A DNA stretch of 64,000 bases from assembly GCF_009914755.1 (NCBI RefSeq), contig NC_060925.1; one strand, given 5' to 3'. The position numbers and the translations under genes were made by a program. The notes under the pieces are model-generated. The model was not told where the DNA came from. It saw only the letters and a list, made by a program, of their open reading frames with translations, and searched no databases. Below are positions 28,870 to 41,546 of this stretch, piece after piece (positions within the stretch are counted from its first letter, which is position 1; each line of letters begins with the position of its first letter). The DNA is from the human T2T-CHM13v2.0 reference genome, Homo sapiens.

Positions 28870-28945
28870 GGGTAGTAATCCCTCATGTTACAAAAAGAAA
28901 TTGAGGCTCAGAATGGCAAGGTGATTGACCCAAAACCACAGAGCA
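28870..28945 (+). mobile_element. MIR core fragment
   Basis: gttacaaaaagaaattgaggctcaga..aaggtgattgacccaa. Confidence 0.55.
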
Positions 28946-29551
28946 TACAAAGGGCAAGATTTTGAAATTCCAATTTCCTGCTATTTCATAGCTTGCCTGC
29001 TCCATTTTAAGTAAAAGATTCATACAAACTATCAAAATCAGGAAAGAATTTTAACTCAGCAGTTCTGAATTTACAAGTAACTGTATAATAGAGGGAACAA
29101 AAACAATTAGTTTGTGCAAATTTAGGTATCTTCTGTTTCTTAGGAGTGTGAAAGAGAAGAAGGATGCTAAAGATGATAAATTTCTAGAAGAAACATTCCT
29201 GTGAGTTGCAGAAGCCTTGGTAAAATGTGTTTAATCCAGTCAGGAGATCCTCAGAAATGCAAATTACCCACTTGAAATAAGAAGGCACCTATTGTTCAGC
29301 CTTGATTGCCTCTGCAGGCCTACAGGCAAGGAAAAAAATATATATTTGAAGAAGAAAGGAGTCTAAGTAAACTGCACACATAGAAGAAAAATTAAAAATG
29401 AAGCCAAACTCCAACAGGGCTTCCATTTACCATCGAAGTGAGAAGAGATTATAGAGAAAAACCATTTGTGATTCTCAATCCTTTTAACTTTGTGTTGATT
29501 TTTGTTGTCTCCTATTTTCTTATAGGTGTTGATAAATCTAAATATATATTA

Positions 29552-30364
29552 CAGTAGTTCCCCTTATCCTAGGGAGATATGTTCCAAGACCCCTAGTGCA
29601 TGTGTGGGGTAATTAGAGTGAACATGTTGGGTAATTAGAGTGTATGTGTGGGGTAATTCAAGTAATTACCTCAGTGGACGCCTGAAACCACAGATAGTAA
29701 AAAACCCAACTGCTGTCAATCAGAACATGTTTCTGTTCATGTCTTCCACAAATTTAATGTTTTTTCCATCCTAAGCAGTTATCATGCGCTACAGCCATAC
29801 ATTTTGCAGTTTCATGTGCAACAGCAAAACTAGCATACATTTATTTTTTCTTCTCCACAATTTCACAGATAAAAGATTCATTCTTACCACAGAACTTAGC
29901 AACCTCAGCATATAATTTTTGTCCTTACTTTTTTTTTTCTTTTCGTACTCAGTCAAGAACTTTACATTTGCACTTAAAGGAATTGAGTTACTGTTTCTCT
30001 TTGACATAACTGAATTGCCACCCACCACTACTCTTGTGCTTTGGGACCATTATTAAGTAAAATAGGGGTTACTTGAACACAAGCACTGTGATACTACAGC
30101 AGTTGATCTGATAACCAAGGAGGCTACTAAGTGACTAATAGGTGGGTAATGTCAGACAGCATGGAGACGCTAGACAAAGGGATGGCACAGGGCCTGGGCC
30201 GGATGGAACAAGTTGGCAGAAGATTTCATCATGCTACTCAGAATGTCACACAATTTAAAACTTGTGAATTATTTCTGGAATTTTCCATGTAATATTTTTA
30301 GATTGTGGTTGACCTTGGGAAACTAGATGTGGAAAGGGAATCCATGGATAAAGGGAGACTACTG
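29552..30364 (-). mobile_element. Tigger7-derived MER44(C/D)-type DNA transposon relic
   Basis: TIRs cagtagttccccttatcc / ggataaagggagactactg; TA on left flank; minus-strand peptide SKRNSNSIPLSANVKFL resembles the pogo/Tigger transposase N-terminal HTH. Confidence 0.85.
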
Positions 30365-31199
30365 CATTATATTTGTCCTGTAGAGCCCTATCTCCCCATC
30401 CATAAATGTATACAGGGAGAAAAATTAGAGATGTCTCATTAATATAAAATACTTTATGCCAACAGAATAGACTTATAACAATAGTAAAAATGATAGTTTT
30501 CACTCATTTTGACATGTTCTTCATTCAGATTTTTGTTTCTATCTTACTTCTGCAAGTTCTATTCTTTTGCCTTGGAAGAAAATATGCTGATTTTTTTTTA
30601 CTTTATTCCTAACTCAATTTATCTTTGCAAGAAAAGGCTTAGTGAGCAAAAACATAAGAAAACTTTCAAAGTCTGAGTTTAAAACATAATGAATCCTTCA
30701 GAAGAAAATAAACAAGGTGCCTTTTTTTTTTCTAAAATAATTCTCATCTAACCTGTTTACCAGCTGAGAAATAAAGGCCTTATTTAAACTTGAAATTTTT
30801 TTCATCTCTTTACCCTATCTCCTTTTCATCTTTATAAACAGAAGAAAATCTAGAATTACTATACTAACAAAGGATACAGCTGAACTACACACAGGTTAAA
30901 ACATTCTAAATAAAGTAGAGAATAATAAATAATAGAATAGTCAAGGGAGTTAGCATAATAAACACATGAAGAGTAACATGACATCCTACAATGTAAGATG
31001 TCTCCCATTTCTAAGTATTTTAAACTTCCTAAATGGAAAGAGAGCTTTAAAGGCATAAGCTAACATTCTATTTGCATCAAAACTAGAGAAATCATATAGT
31101 CCACTTCTTAACTAATTCTAAAATCCTCATTAAAAATAATAGTGATAGCAGTAGTAGTGGAGGCGGTCATGATAGTGGTAGTATCAACAATTACCATTC

Positions 31200-31320
31200 A
31201 TCATTCACTGCACATATTTGCAATATGTCAATCACTATGCTAACTGCCATACACGCATTATCTCATTTAAACCTCATAACAATCCGTTTGGATAATTATC
31301 TCCACTCTACAGATGAATAT
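31200..31320 (+). mobile_element. MIR fragment
   Basis: cattatctcatttaaacctcataacaatcc..ctacagatga. Confidence 0.6.
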
Positions 31321-31389
31321 TCAGGTATATTTCTGGCTACTGGTGAGCTAGCTTCTGTCAGAACATTTTTAATGTTAAAAAATTTATTA

Positions 31390-31575
31390 CTTCCTAAGGC
31401 AGCCCTTTCTATTTTAAAATGATTGTGTTCAAAAACTTTTGTTCATATGGACCCCAAATTACCTTCATGAAACCCCCACTCGTTCACCTTAGTTCTATTT
31501 TTTAGAAGCAAAACATGTCCAATATTTTTTCCAAGTGACAACCCTTCAGATCTTTGAAGATTGCTATCATGATAT
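31390..31575. mobile_element. L3/CR1 fragment
   Basis: aggcagccc..ttccaagtgacaacccttcagatctttgaaga..gctatcatg resembles mammalian CR1 relics. Confidence 0.5.
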
Positions 31576-32009
31576 CATTTGCTATAACTAACCTGGTTCA
31601 GTATCACTGCAGCTAGATCTATCACCAAAGCCAGGCCAACCAATTTACTCCTCATCTGAAAACTCAGTTTTGAGCCAAAATCTGAGAAAAAATTAGCTTC
31701 TAGACAGGAGAACTATAGAGAATACTTTATCTCACATCCTTTATCACAGCAAGTTACCCTAACGCTGGCTTTTTTCTAGTTTGTGATTTTTTCCAGTTTA
31801 TGGTTAACCAGTTATCTGTTTCCTATGACAAATCCCCTGCCTTAATTTTATTCTACTCTGAATCCTTCAGTGATTTCTAATAGGAAATATAAGTCATTAG
31901 CAAACTCTACAGGGCAAATAATTTCAGGTTTCACTCTTACACTCTTTAAATAGTATCTTGTTGGTAATGCACATTGTATTTTAAAAGAATTAGAACTGAA
32001 AATGCAAAT

Positions 32010-32245
32010 AACCAACACGTATTAGTGATTGCTACAAGCCAGGCACTATTCTAAGCACTTTACTTATATTAACTCTTTCAATCCTGACAATCCTATTAAG
32101 ATTGGTACTGTTATTATCACCATTTTAATAATGAAGAAACTGAGGCATAGAAGCTGACTAACTTGTCCAAAGCAAGTCCTATGGAACCTGGAATAGAAAT
32201 CCAGGAAATATGACTTAACGCTTCATCACAACATTATGCTTCCTT
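32010..32245 (+). mobile_element. MIR
   Basis: gccaggcactattctaagcacttta..aatgaagaaactgaggcatag..taacttgtccaa. Confidence 0.8.
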
Positions 32246-34211
32246 CCAGTAAATATTAAAGTCTTCTGGAATCTGAAAATTGTTTCCTATAGTTTGGCAT
32301 GTTCCGGCAATTTCCAAAGAGCCTTCTAGATCAGCAATGTTTTTCTGGGTCATTCCACTCCTCTTTTGTGAATTAACACATCTTTCTTCTTATAAGAGTG
32401 GCCACAATACGGGCTGGGAGCAAGGATACTTTGACTCAGGAATGAGGAATCAGAAATGCAGGTTGACCAACAAGACTCAGTAAGATCCAGATTTTTGTGG
32501 GAAGTGGAGGAAGAGGGATGCGACTACTTCAAGTGATATTGAAGATATAGTTTCTTTTATATACTAATGTGGCCACCACTGCCACATTCAGCTATGCTCT
32601 GAAATGAAGACCCATTGGTCAATTATATCTATATTTGGTTCAACTTGTGTATCTTTTCAGGACTATGTACTCTCAGTTATAGTCAAAAGACTGGGTCTAT
32701 TTTGCAAACTCATTGTCCTGAATATGAAAACAGAAAAAGCTAGAGTTTTGTTTGGAATGGAGCTCACATGAGTTCTATAGTCATCTTCCAAGCCAACAGT
32801 TAGAGACAGTATAGTTGTTTAACTAAAGACACTTAACCTTCTGGCCTTTTAAAATCTAAACTGAGAGGATACTAGATAAGAAAAAATCTGCCTTTCATAG
32901 TCAGCAGTTATGGAAATTAAAGAAAAGAAAAATGACTTTTTACAGGGACTTTTTGTTCATCATAGGTTAAAAAAAGGTAAAAAAATAAGGCTCATTTTTA
33001 AGATATCTCACTTTCTGCTCAAGTGCTATTTTGTGTCAAACTCAATTGTCCACACAATGTACATACATAATCTATCTGTTAGAACTCAAAAAAGAATCTT
33101 ATCTATTTTGACCAACCTAATCATGACTGAATGAATGGTTCCATCATTTCAAGAGAAAATTATAGCGAGCTATCCCACATATAGGCAGTTTTAACATGAA
33201 CCATTCTCTCAACCTAACTAAGCAGTGGAGATTCTTATTTTAGGATGGAATGAATCTTCCAGATCTTGGCTCTGTCTTTTTTTCTTGGCTGCCTTCTAAC
33301 TATTTGTAACCTCTTGTTGGTTACTTTATCTCCCTTTACATCTTTTCCTACATTCCCACTCAACCCCAACCTCTAAAATGCAAATCTTTTTTATATGTCA
33401 GCCTCCATTTGGCAAGCTGGATTACTGATTCAGGCATTTTTCTGCTGATTTAAACAAATCGCTTATCAGTTATTTTTCTGTCCCTAAATCCCTATGCTAT
33501 AATAGGGTAATATGAGGAAATGTTCATCTCTTACTATCTTTTCTAAAGTAAAACATGCCTATTTATTGCACAACTATACACACACAGCCCAAGTCCCACA
33601 ACCTTCTCAACTTTACAATGAGTAATAATTTCTTTTTTCAAACAATACAAATATATCTTCACTTTGGGAAGACAGATGAAGAATTTATCCACATGTATTT
33701 CTGATGCAGGTGAAAAGACAACAAAATATACTAAGAATTTAAGAACTTTCTCCATCTTTGTCATGTGACCATTCTGAACTGTCCCAGAAAAAATGGCATT
33801 TTCACTAAACACATGTGTGTTTCAGCTCTGGATAAATGTATTCTTATAATATTTTTCATTTGCTATATCATCTTTCCAAATAGTTTCTCACAGTCTATTA
33901 GCACCTCTCTACAAATCTTAGCAGCCCACAGCCCACAAAATATTCCCAAGTATCACAGTAGTTGGTTTCATACCCAATGTATACAAGGCTTGTTCTTCAG
34001 CACTCCATCTCCTGAAAAACACAGAATAGTACAAATTCTCTGGCCTGTGAGGCAAGAATGAGGTTCACAAAAATTTGTCAAGATAAATTCATCAACTTCT
34101 ACGGCAGAAAGCACACAACAGTGGAAAGTTTCAATATTCACCTTCTCAGCTTCTCTATTCCCTGGTGTACACAACCTTCTTCAGAAATGGAGCCTGCTCT
34201 ATTCAGAAGAG

Positions 34212-34547
34212 AAGTTCTCTCTTATCTATCATTTCACTTTCTGTGGTTTCAGTTACCTGTAGTCAACTGCCATCCAAAAATCTTACAGTATTTTGAGAGA
34301 GAGAGAGATAGAAAAAAGGAGATCTTATTCACATAACTTTTGTTACAGCATATTATTATAATTGTTCTATTTTATTATTAGGTATTGTTGTTAATCTCTT
34401 ACTGTGCCTAATTTCTAAATGAAACCTTATCAGCAGTATGTGCAAGAAAAAAATCATAGTATACATACAGTTCAGTGTTATTGATGGTTTCAGGCATCCA
34501 CTGGGAGTCTTGGAACATATCCGGAGCAGATAAAGGGAAGACTAATC
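34212..34547. mobile_element. MER44A-type Tigger MITE
   Basis: ctcttatc..ctttctgtggtttcagttacc..ggtttcaggcatccactgggagtcttggaacatatcc..gataaagggaagacta; same termini as 29552-30364. Confidence 0.8.
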
Positions 34548-34651
34548 TAACCTGGAAACAATTTTTGTCTCTTTTTCAAAGAAAAAGGTGCTAGAGATAC
34601 TAACTGAAAAAGCATCTGCCTTGGCTGCATAATAATCTTCTTGAGACAATG

Positions 34652-34836
34652 CAGGGCTTCTGCCTATAGCTGTGCAGGTTGCGTTCTGCACAAAAGTACT
34701 AAGCCAAGGGAGCAAGTGTGGCTAAAATCTGGGCTTTACATAGTTGGACAAAACCCATACCCTTAGGATGTGACTGCTGAATGGAGGTACCTTTACTAAT
34801 TTGTGCAAAGGCACTAATGGGTTAGTGGTGACCCTG
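34652..34836. mobile_element. possible MER91-type hAT relic
   Basis: cagggc..gctgtgcaggttgcgttctgcacaa..ttgtgcaaaggcac..ggtgaccctg. Confidence 0.45.
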
Positions 34837-35381
34837 TAGATAAGGAGCATATCAGCTTTATGATATGGTCCCAGCATTTTGAACAACCCATGACACATAA
34901 GAGCCACAAAGTAAGCATTTGAGAGGTGAGGGGAGAGAAAGGAAATAAATAATTCTCCACAAGTAGTATCAATAAATGCAAAACTCAAGCATAGAATCTG
35001 AGAGAAGTGCTCCTTTCTTTGGCTGTAGAATGTGCACTGTTAAACCTGCAAAGTCAGAGAAAAAAGAAAAATGAGCATTATGTGTTGTTACTGTTTTTAT
35101 TCATTTATTTTTAAAAATCATGACAAACATAAATTAAACTACAACCTAACTTTTAATCATCCTGACCCCCTAACAATCTAGCCAAATGTTTTTGATGCCA
35201 GGAGTATATCATAATTTTATTAAAAATAAAGAACATTTTGATGGGCAAAATATTTTGTAAACTTGCAATGCATTTCATCAAGGTACAACTGTGTACTTTC
35301 TACTTGTAACCCAATATTAAAAGAAGTAGCATGATTTTTAAGTTACGAGGGAAACAAAACTTCTGTAAGCCTATACTCAAC

Positions 35382-35840
35382 TGTATTAGTTACCTGTGGC
35401 TGCTATAACAAATTATCACAAACTTGATGGCTTAAAACAACAGAAATTTATTCTCTTAGAGTTCTGGAGGTCAGGAGTCCAATATCAAGGTGTCAGAGGA
35501 TCACACTGTCTCCAGAAGCTCTTGAAAGAATCCATTCCTTGCCTCCTCCAGCTTCTGGTGGCCGTTGGCCTTCCTCGACTTGTGGCCATATCTCTATCTG
35601 CTCTGCCTTTACATGGTCTTGTCTTCAGTGCATCTTCTCTTCCACATGTCTAATTTCCCTCTGTCTCACCCTTATAATAATATGTGATTACATTTAGGGC
35701 CCACCAAACAATTCTGGATAAATTCCTTCTCTCAAGATCTTGAATGTAATTGCATCTTTGGCTCTATTATGTAATATTCCCAGGCTCTTGGGATTAGGAA
35801 GTAAATATATCTTTTGAGGTGCCCTTTTTTGCCTGCTACA
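35382..35840 (-). mobile_element. MLT1B/C-type MaLR solo LTR
   Basis: tgtattagtt..gctataacaaattatcacaaact..ggcttaaaacaacagaaatttattctc..tagggcccacc; ends in ..taca. Confidence 0.85.
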
Positions 35841-37667
35841 CCCACATATTGTATTTTACTGTTATTATATTATCCGAATAAATATTCATATTGTTCTCAG
35901 TTTTCATGGTTCTGTAAATAGATTACAATACTTTTAGGAACTCTCTTGAAACAGGAAAGATTCCTTACTTAAGACACCAGAATTTTTTATTCTAAATCTA
36001 AGTCCAAATTCAATGACAACTCTTAAGGAACATGTTTCACCTTTATATGGTGAACCTCCTATAAACATTCTGAACTAATTTTGTGCAATTCTGAAATATT
36101 TTCTTTAGATACCATAAACTGCTTTGTTACATAGTTGTAGTTGAACTGATAGTGCCAAATTACTAGACAAATAAAATATTTGACAAGTCAGCCCTTTCTC
36201 CTTTGTCAAATTTGGCTTGTATCTCAGAGAAATATAATAAGCTGAAGCAATTGGTACTTTGCAAATTGCCAAAATTATGTGCCTAAATTAGAATTTCATC
36301 AAATAATGGTGACGTTAACATCAGCTTACTATATTGACAACTATAGTGTAATGCTTTTAAATGTTTAGAATAAATTTCAATGAGAGATTATGGATAAAAA
36401 GAAGTGCTAGCTGTCCACACAGATTTAAAGAGGGCTAATAATATCATAGCTATATCTTTATGCCCAGGGAAGTTATTGTTTTTTGTTGTTTTCAGTGTAC
36501 CCAGAATTGAATAAGCTCCTGAAGACTGATTTAGGCTAGCTAAACTCATCAGAGTTCTGATTCATGAAGCAACATGTTCATTTACAATGAGGAATATGGT
36601 TTTCTTCAGTGATCACGGGAATGGGTCTGTCTGTTATTCAGGGAATCCCTTTCTTCAGATCAAAATGCTCAGAGGGCTGATTTATTTATCAGAAAGTAGC
36701 ATTGTTAGCAAGGAATCTAAGCAAATTGAGTTTGAAATAGTAATTTATATGAGCCATGCACAACCTCACACACATATTAAGTTTCCACACATGGTTAATA
36801 TCATCTAAAACCTGATGATTCTTACTTGCCTTATATTTAGAAAGTAGTCTTACTTTCAATTTTTAGGGACTCCTCACTTTGCACCAATGTACAGTCTATA
36901 ACATGGTTAATTGGGTTGCAATCAAATAATCGAATTGGGGTTTTCTAATGCCAGTATTTTGGCAGCTTTAATAATATATCTTGAGTGACTGGAGCAAGTG
37001 AGTAGATACTACTTAGAATTGACATGATAGCTAAGATCACCCCAGCTAATTACAATAAATAGCTTTAATGTAAAGTAAATCCTTCACCTTTGACAATGAT
37101 TCTGTCAATTACTGCAAGCTTAATATTTTTTTTTAAAGGCTGAATCTATACTTCAAACAAACAGGTTTAGTCAATCTCAGAAAGTGTATAAATGATGCAG
37201 TAAGGAGTCCTCATCCTGAGCCAGATCTAAATCCAATGATTACCAAATGAAAAAAAAAAAAAAAAAAAAAAGGAAGGATTTTGGTTTATTTTCTCTGTTT
37301 ATTCAAAAAAAATTACAAAATCCTATTGTTGACTATTATAAGAATAAGCAGGCTATCCTTATCTTGTGGTCTTTTCTCAGTTCACACAATTATTTTTGCT
37401 TCTTTTCCCTGGATGTAATATGCTTTTCCTTTACATGGTTTTAAAAATGCCTTTAGGGCATTAGGGTGGTGCTAGTTCAATAAAAGGCAGTCATTGTCTA
37501 ATGATACAGGACTGATTCACTAACTGTTTGCAAAATATTTTGAAATATTGGCATTAACTTTAAAAACTACAAAGTATTATTTCCCAGTGGTAATCATAAC
37601 TTTGAAACGCTAAGAAAGGAACAAATCCAGCGTCTAGCAAAAAGACTTGCATGCTGAGTTGAACCAT

Positions 37668-37798
37668 ACTCATTCATACATTCACTCATTCATTCAACGA
37701 ATATTTATAGGGTGCTAGGATTTTGCCAGGTACTAAGAATACAATGCTGAGAAAAAAAAATACATAGCCCCTGTCTTCATGGAGTTTACAGTCTAGTA
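37668..37798 (-). mobile_element. L2 3' end
   Basis: (TTCA)n tail, gccaggtact..cccctgtcttcatggagtttacagtctag. Confidence 0.75.
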
Positions 37799-37857
37799 GT
37801 AAATTCAAATTCCATCAGATCAATGTATATTTCCTAGTCATGTTCTGAGAATGCTTT

Positions 37858-38393
37858 TGATTCAGGATTTTTGCTCTTCAGTTCAGCTAAGTCCAGGTTC
37901 TTTTCTTACGACCAGGAAAAAATTAGGCACGCAGACACGTGGAAGGATGAGGAGGGCAGAATTTATTAAGCAAAAGGAAAGTTCTCAGCAAACAGAGGGG
38001 TCCTGCATGCAGACTTCCACCTCACAAATTGAACACCAGGTCCAGCACACCTGAGCTGAAGAGGCCAGGCTCCTCCCTTGCATAAGGCAAGAAATCCTGC
38101 TGGCTCCACCCCATTCCCCCAGTGTGTAAGTGGGCATGCCCAGGCAAGCCATAGGTAGTATCAGAAAAGGCAACATTCTATTGGTTAAAAGGCATTATTC
38201 AGAAAGAATCAATCAGGAAAGACTGGGCAGCAGAAGTTCTCCCTCTGGGTTTCAGGTTTCATCCTGGACCAGCAATCCGGTCTTTCAGCCTTCAGGCTGT
38301 TTTAGGCTTGAAGATGAGGTTTCACTGTGGGGCGGCGGGGGGGTGGGGGCATTCCCTATCTGCCTAGGCCTTTGTCTGTCTCCTGCCTATATA
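37858..38393 (-). mobile_element. ERV1-class solo LTR (MER83/MER61-like)
   Basis: tgattcaggatttttgctc..acgaccaggaaaaaattaggcacgcagacac..aatttattaag (antisense AATAAA)..ggctccaccccattcccccagtg. Confidence 0.7.
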
Positions 38394-39449
38394 ATTTTTA
38401 CATTAGGACAATGAGGCAAATTGAAGTCGTAGATGGTAACAGTGACAGTACTGTCTACTTCTTGTAGACAGTAACAGTGAATACTGTGAATAGCCTAGAT
38501 CTTGGTATACATGATATAAAGAAGACAAAATGAAAGTAGATATTTGAAGGACTGTTAGGTAGAAGCAGGAGTAGATTATTTGTTACTCTAAAAGCAGAAA
38601 GACATGGATTACAAAATGTTACATTTTGACTTAAAATTTTTTAAAACTGTAAAAAACTAGAATCACTCAACATCAGAGATATCCAAGAACAAAATAAGTA
38701 TCAATCACAAATACTACAGAACAAATTACTATATTGCATGGAAGACTGTCTTGCTGATTGCCAATGTGTCTTCTGTTTATAATTTTAATATGCTAGGATC
38801 CCATGAATCTGTTTAGTTTATTTTTTTGTTTTGTTTTTTGTTTTTTTTTAATAAATCAGCAAAAGAAAACAGTTACTAAGAAAAATAACCTTTTTGGTAA
38901 TATCTGCAGTTTCCAGATAGATTATTTAGGTTATAAACCTACTCTCATTTATCTGAAAGTATCTTAACTCTACTTCACTTTGTGTAGGTTCATACAATGT
39001 GCATTAACTTAGTCTTAACATTTTTAATAGTTTCAAATTGCTTTTGAGGTTGTGTTTTCTGCATAAATTAACCTTGAACACAAAATTTTCACTCAAGGGT
39101 AGATAACTTTTCTTAGCATACCATTACATGAACAAACTAAAGTCCAATTTAATCTATTTTCTTCATTTATAATTGACCTATTCTTCACCATCTATGATTT
39201 TTTAGTAACAAATATATTTCTGAAAATTCTGAAAAGAATGTATAAACCTCATTTTCACAGCTACATCATCCTTATGTCTCAAATCCTAAGGTTATATTTC
39301 AGGGACACTACTTTCATGCTATGGAATTTTTGGTTCAATATCTTGTCAGATTCCATTATTTTCAATATATTTCTCATGGTCATTTCTGTTGTTCTACATT
39401 TTCAACAAAGGTGACATATCACTAAATAGGGCTGACCCAGGTGATCAAC

Positions 39450-39888
39450 ATGAAGTTTCAGTAATGACAATATGTAACTTTTAAGTCTAGGTCATAAAAG
39501 GCATTGCAGTTTCTACCTTGAGTTATTGGATCACTTGCTCTGGGGAAAGCCAGACAAGCAGGTCATAAGAACATTCAGTCATCTCTTTGGAGAGCCCTAG
39601 GATGTGAGGAACCAAGGCCTCTCACCAATAACATGACTAGCATAGACTAACTTGCCAGTCTCTTGTAAGAAGTGAATATGCCAGCCACAGTCAAGCCTTC
39701 AAATGACTACAGCCCAACCAACATCTTGACTACAAACTCATGATAGAGCCTGAGGCAGAACCACCAAGTTAAGCCACTCCTGAATTCTTGTCTGAGAGAA
39801 ACTCTGAAAGATAATAAATGTTTATTGTTGTTTTAAGCAAATAAGTTTTGGTGGGATCTGTTTCACATCAAAAGATAACTAATATACA
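39450..39888 (+). mobile_element. MLT1F/G-type MaLR solo LTR
   Basis: ctaggtcataaaaggcattgcag..ccagccacagtcaagccttcaaatgactacagccc..aataaatgtttattgttgttttaagc..gataactaatataca. Confidence 0.85.
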
Positions 39889-40149
39889 GCATATTTCTAA
39901 CCTCACATATATTTATGCTATCATTACTTATAGAGGGAAACATATATTGCTCACTTTTTAAAGTCTATTGTATAGTGTTTTTGTTTTGGTAGTTGATTTT
40001 ATTTTTTGTCTTTTTATTAATAAAATCTAAATATTTTTGAAGATCAATTACATGAGAAAATGTTCATGTTAGTGTTTAATGAAAAAAGCAAGTTACAAAC
40101 TCTCTACAAAATATGAATTATTCCAAAAGGTTAATTTACATCTATGCAT

Positions 40150-40735
40150 AATGAAACAGTTAATTACTCCCACATAACAAACTATGCCCAAATTCAGTGC
40201 TTAAAACAACACAACCATTTATTTGCTAACAGTTATGCAATATGGACTGCATTGAGTTGGGCAGCTTATCACAAGCTGACTTCAAATTCACAAGTGAGCC
40301 CCATTAATACCACATGGTAAGCTGCCCATGTGGTATTAATGGGGCTCACTTGTGAATTTGAAGTCAGCTTGTGGCTTGACTGGAACTGAAGAATCCAAGA
40401 TGGTTTCATCCTGTGTCAAGTTCCTAGGCTGGTACATCTGGAATGGATGGGATTTAGCAGTCTCTCTCTCTCTCCTTGTAGTCTTTCTGCAACAAGGCCT
40501 ACCTTTCCACAAGACGTCATTCTCAAATAAATTACCTCAGGCTTCTTTATATCATAACACAGGACAAAGAAAAAGCTGCAGGCTGCCTAAAGACTAGATC
40601 TAGAACTTGTACAATTCTACTTTCACCACATTTCATTAGAAAGCAAATCAGATTCACTGTGAGAGAGGCCTACTCAAGGACATGAATTCTGATAGGTATG
40701 GTTCATTGAGAACCATTCCATAACAAATTAACACA
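40150..40735 (-). mobile_element. old MLT1-family (H/J-like) LTR carrying an internal inverted duplication
   Basis: cataacaaactatgcccaaattcagtgcttaaaacaacacaaccatttatttgct..aaggacatgaattctgataggtatggttcattg. Confidence 0.7.
40270..40373. repeat. perfect inverted repeat: 48-bp arms with 8-nt spacer
   Basis: 40270-40317 is the exact reverse complement of 40326-40373; spacer taagctgc. Confidence 0.97.
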
Positions 40736-41546
40736 CACAATGTCTGTATTTTCCAAACATTCTAAAATAAAAATGCATTGCTTGTGATTTCAATAAAACA
40801 ATAATTTTAAAAATCTGATGACCATAAAGTCAATATTTTGGAAGACAGTCATTGTCACTGCTGAGGCTAGTTTTGAGGAAAATAAATCTCTGATTGCTAC
40901 GGCCTCATCTGGGAACAGAGAGTTCTTTGGGTCGATGCATACTGCTTAGTTAGAGCTCTTATACCAAATTCATGTTTAATAAGTGTGTGTGATGCCAATT
41001 TTAATAATTTCTAGGGATGGAAAGCGTCAATCCAATCACTATTCTCTGTACCTTGTTTTGTCTGCAATATTTCTGGATAGATAAAAGCACAGGGGTTAGG
41101 GTAGAAAAGCTTGGGGATAATTCATATTGCTATATTTCTCAAAAGAATCATGAATAGGTCATCAGGGACAATAAGAATGTTTAAATCAATTAACTTTTAT
41201 TTAAAAATGTATTACATTCAAAACCCAATCTTGGGTACCATGTGGAATGCAAAGCAATGAAAGACAAATCTTTGACTCTACTGAACATTTAAAAAGTCAA
41301 TAATCAGAAAGATCTAATATGAATCTTAAAAGATTGTCCCAAAATAGCTTTGTAAAATATTTTGTTGATATAAAAATTACAAATGTAACAACCAAACTTA
41401 GCAACTACTTTTCTTTCTCAAGTGATGGAACTAATTGGACCTATGACAAAAGACCTTGCCAACAGGAAAGATGCTGGCCCCACAGTTTGTAGTGGTTACA
41501 ATAATGGTACCAACCCTTGGAATAGTGGATGGAATCTTGAGCTGCC

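Noticed and set aside
41027-41038. DUX4-like tcaatccaatca upstream of the MLT2A LTR
   Set aside because: Single imperfect short motif, expected by chance
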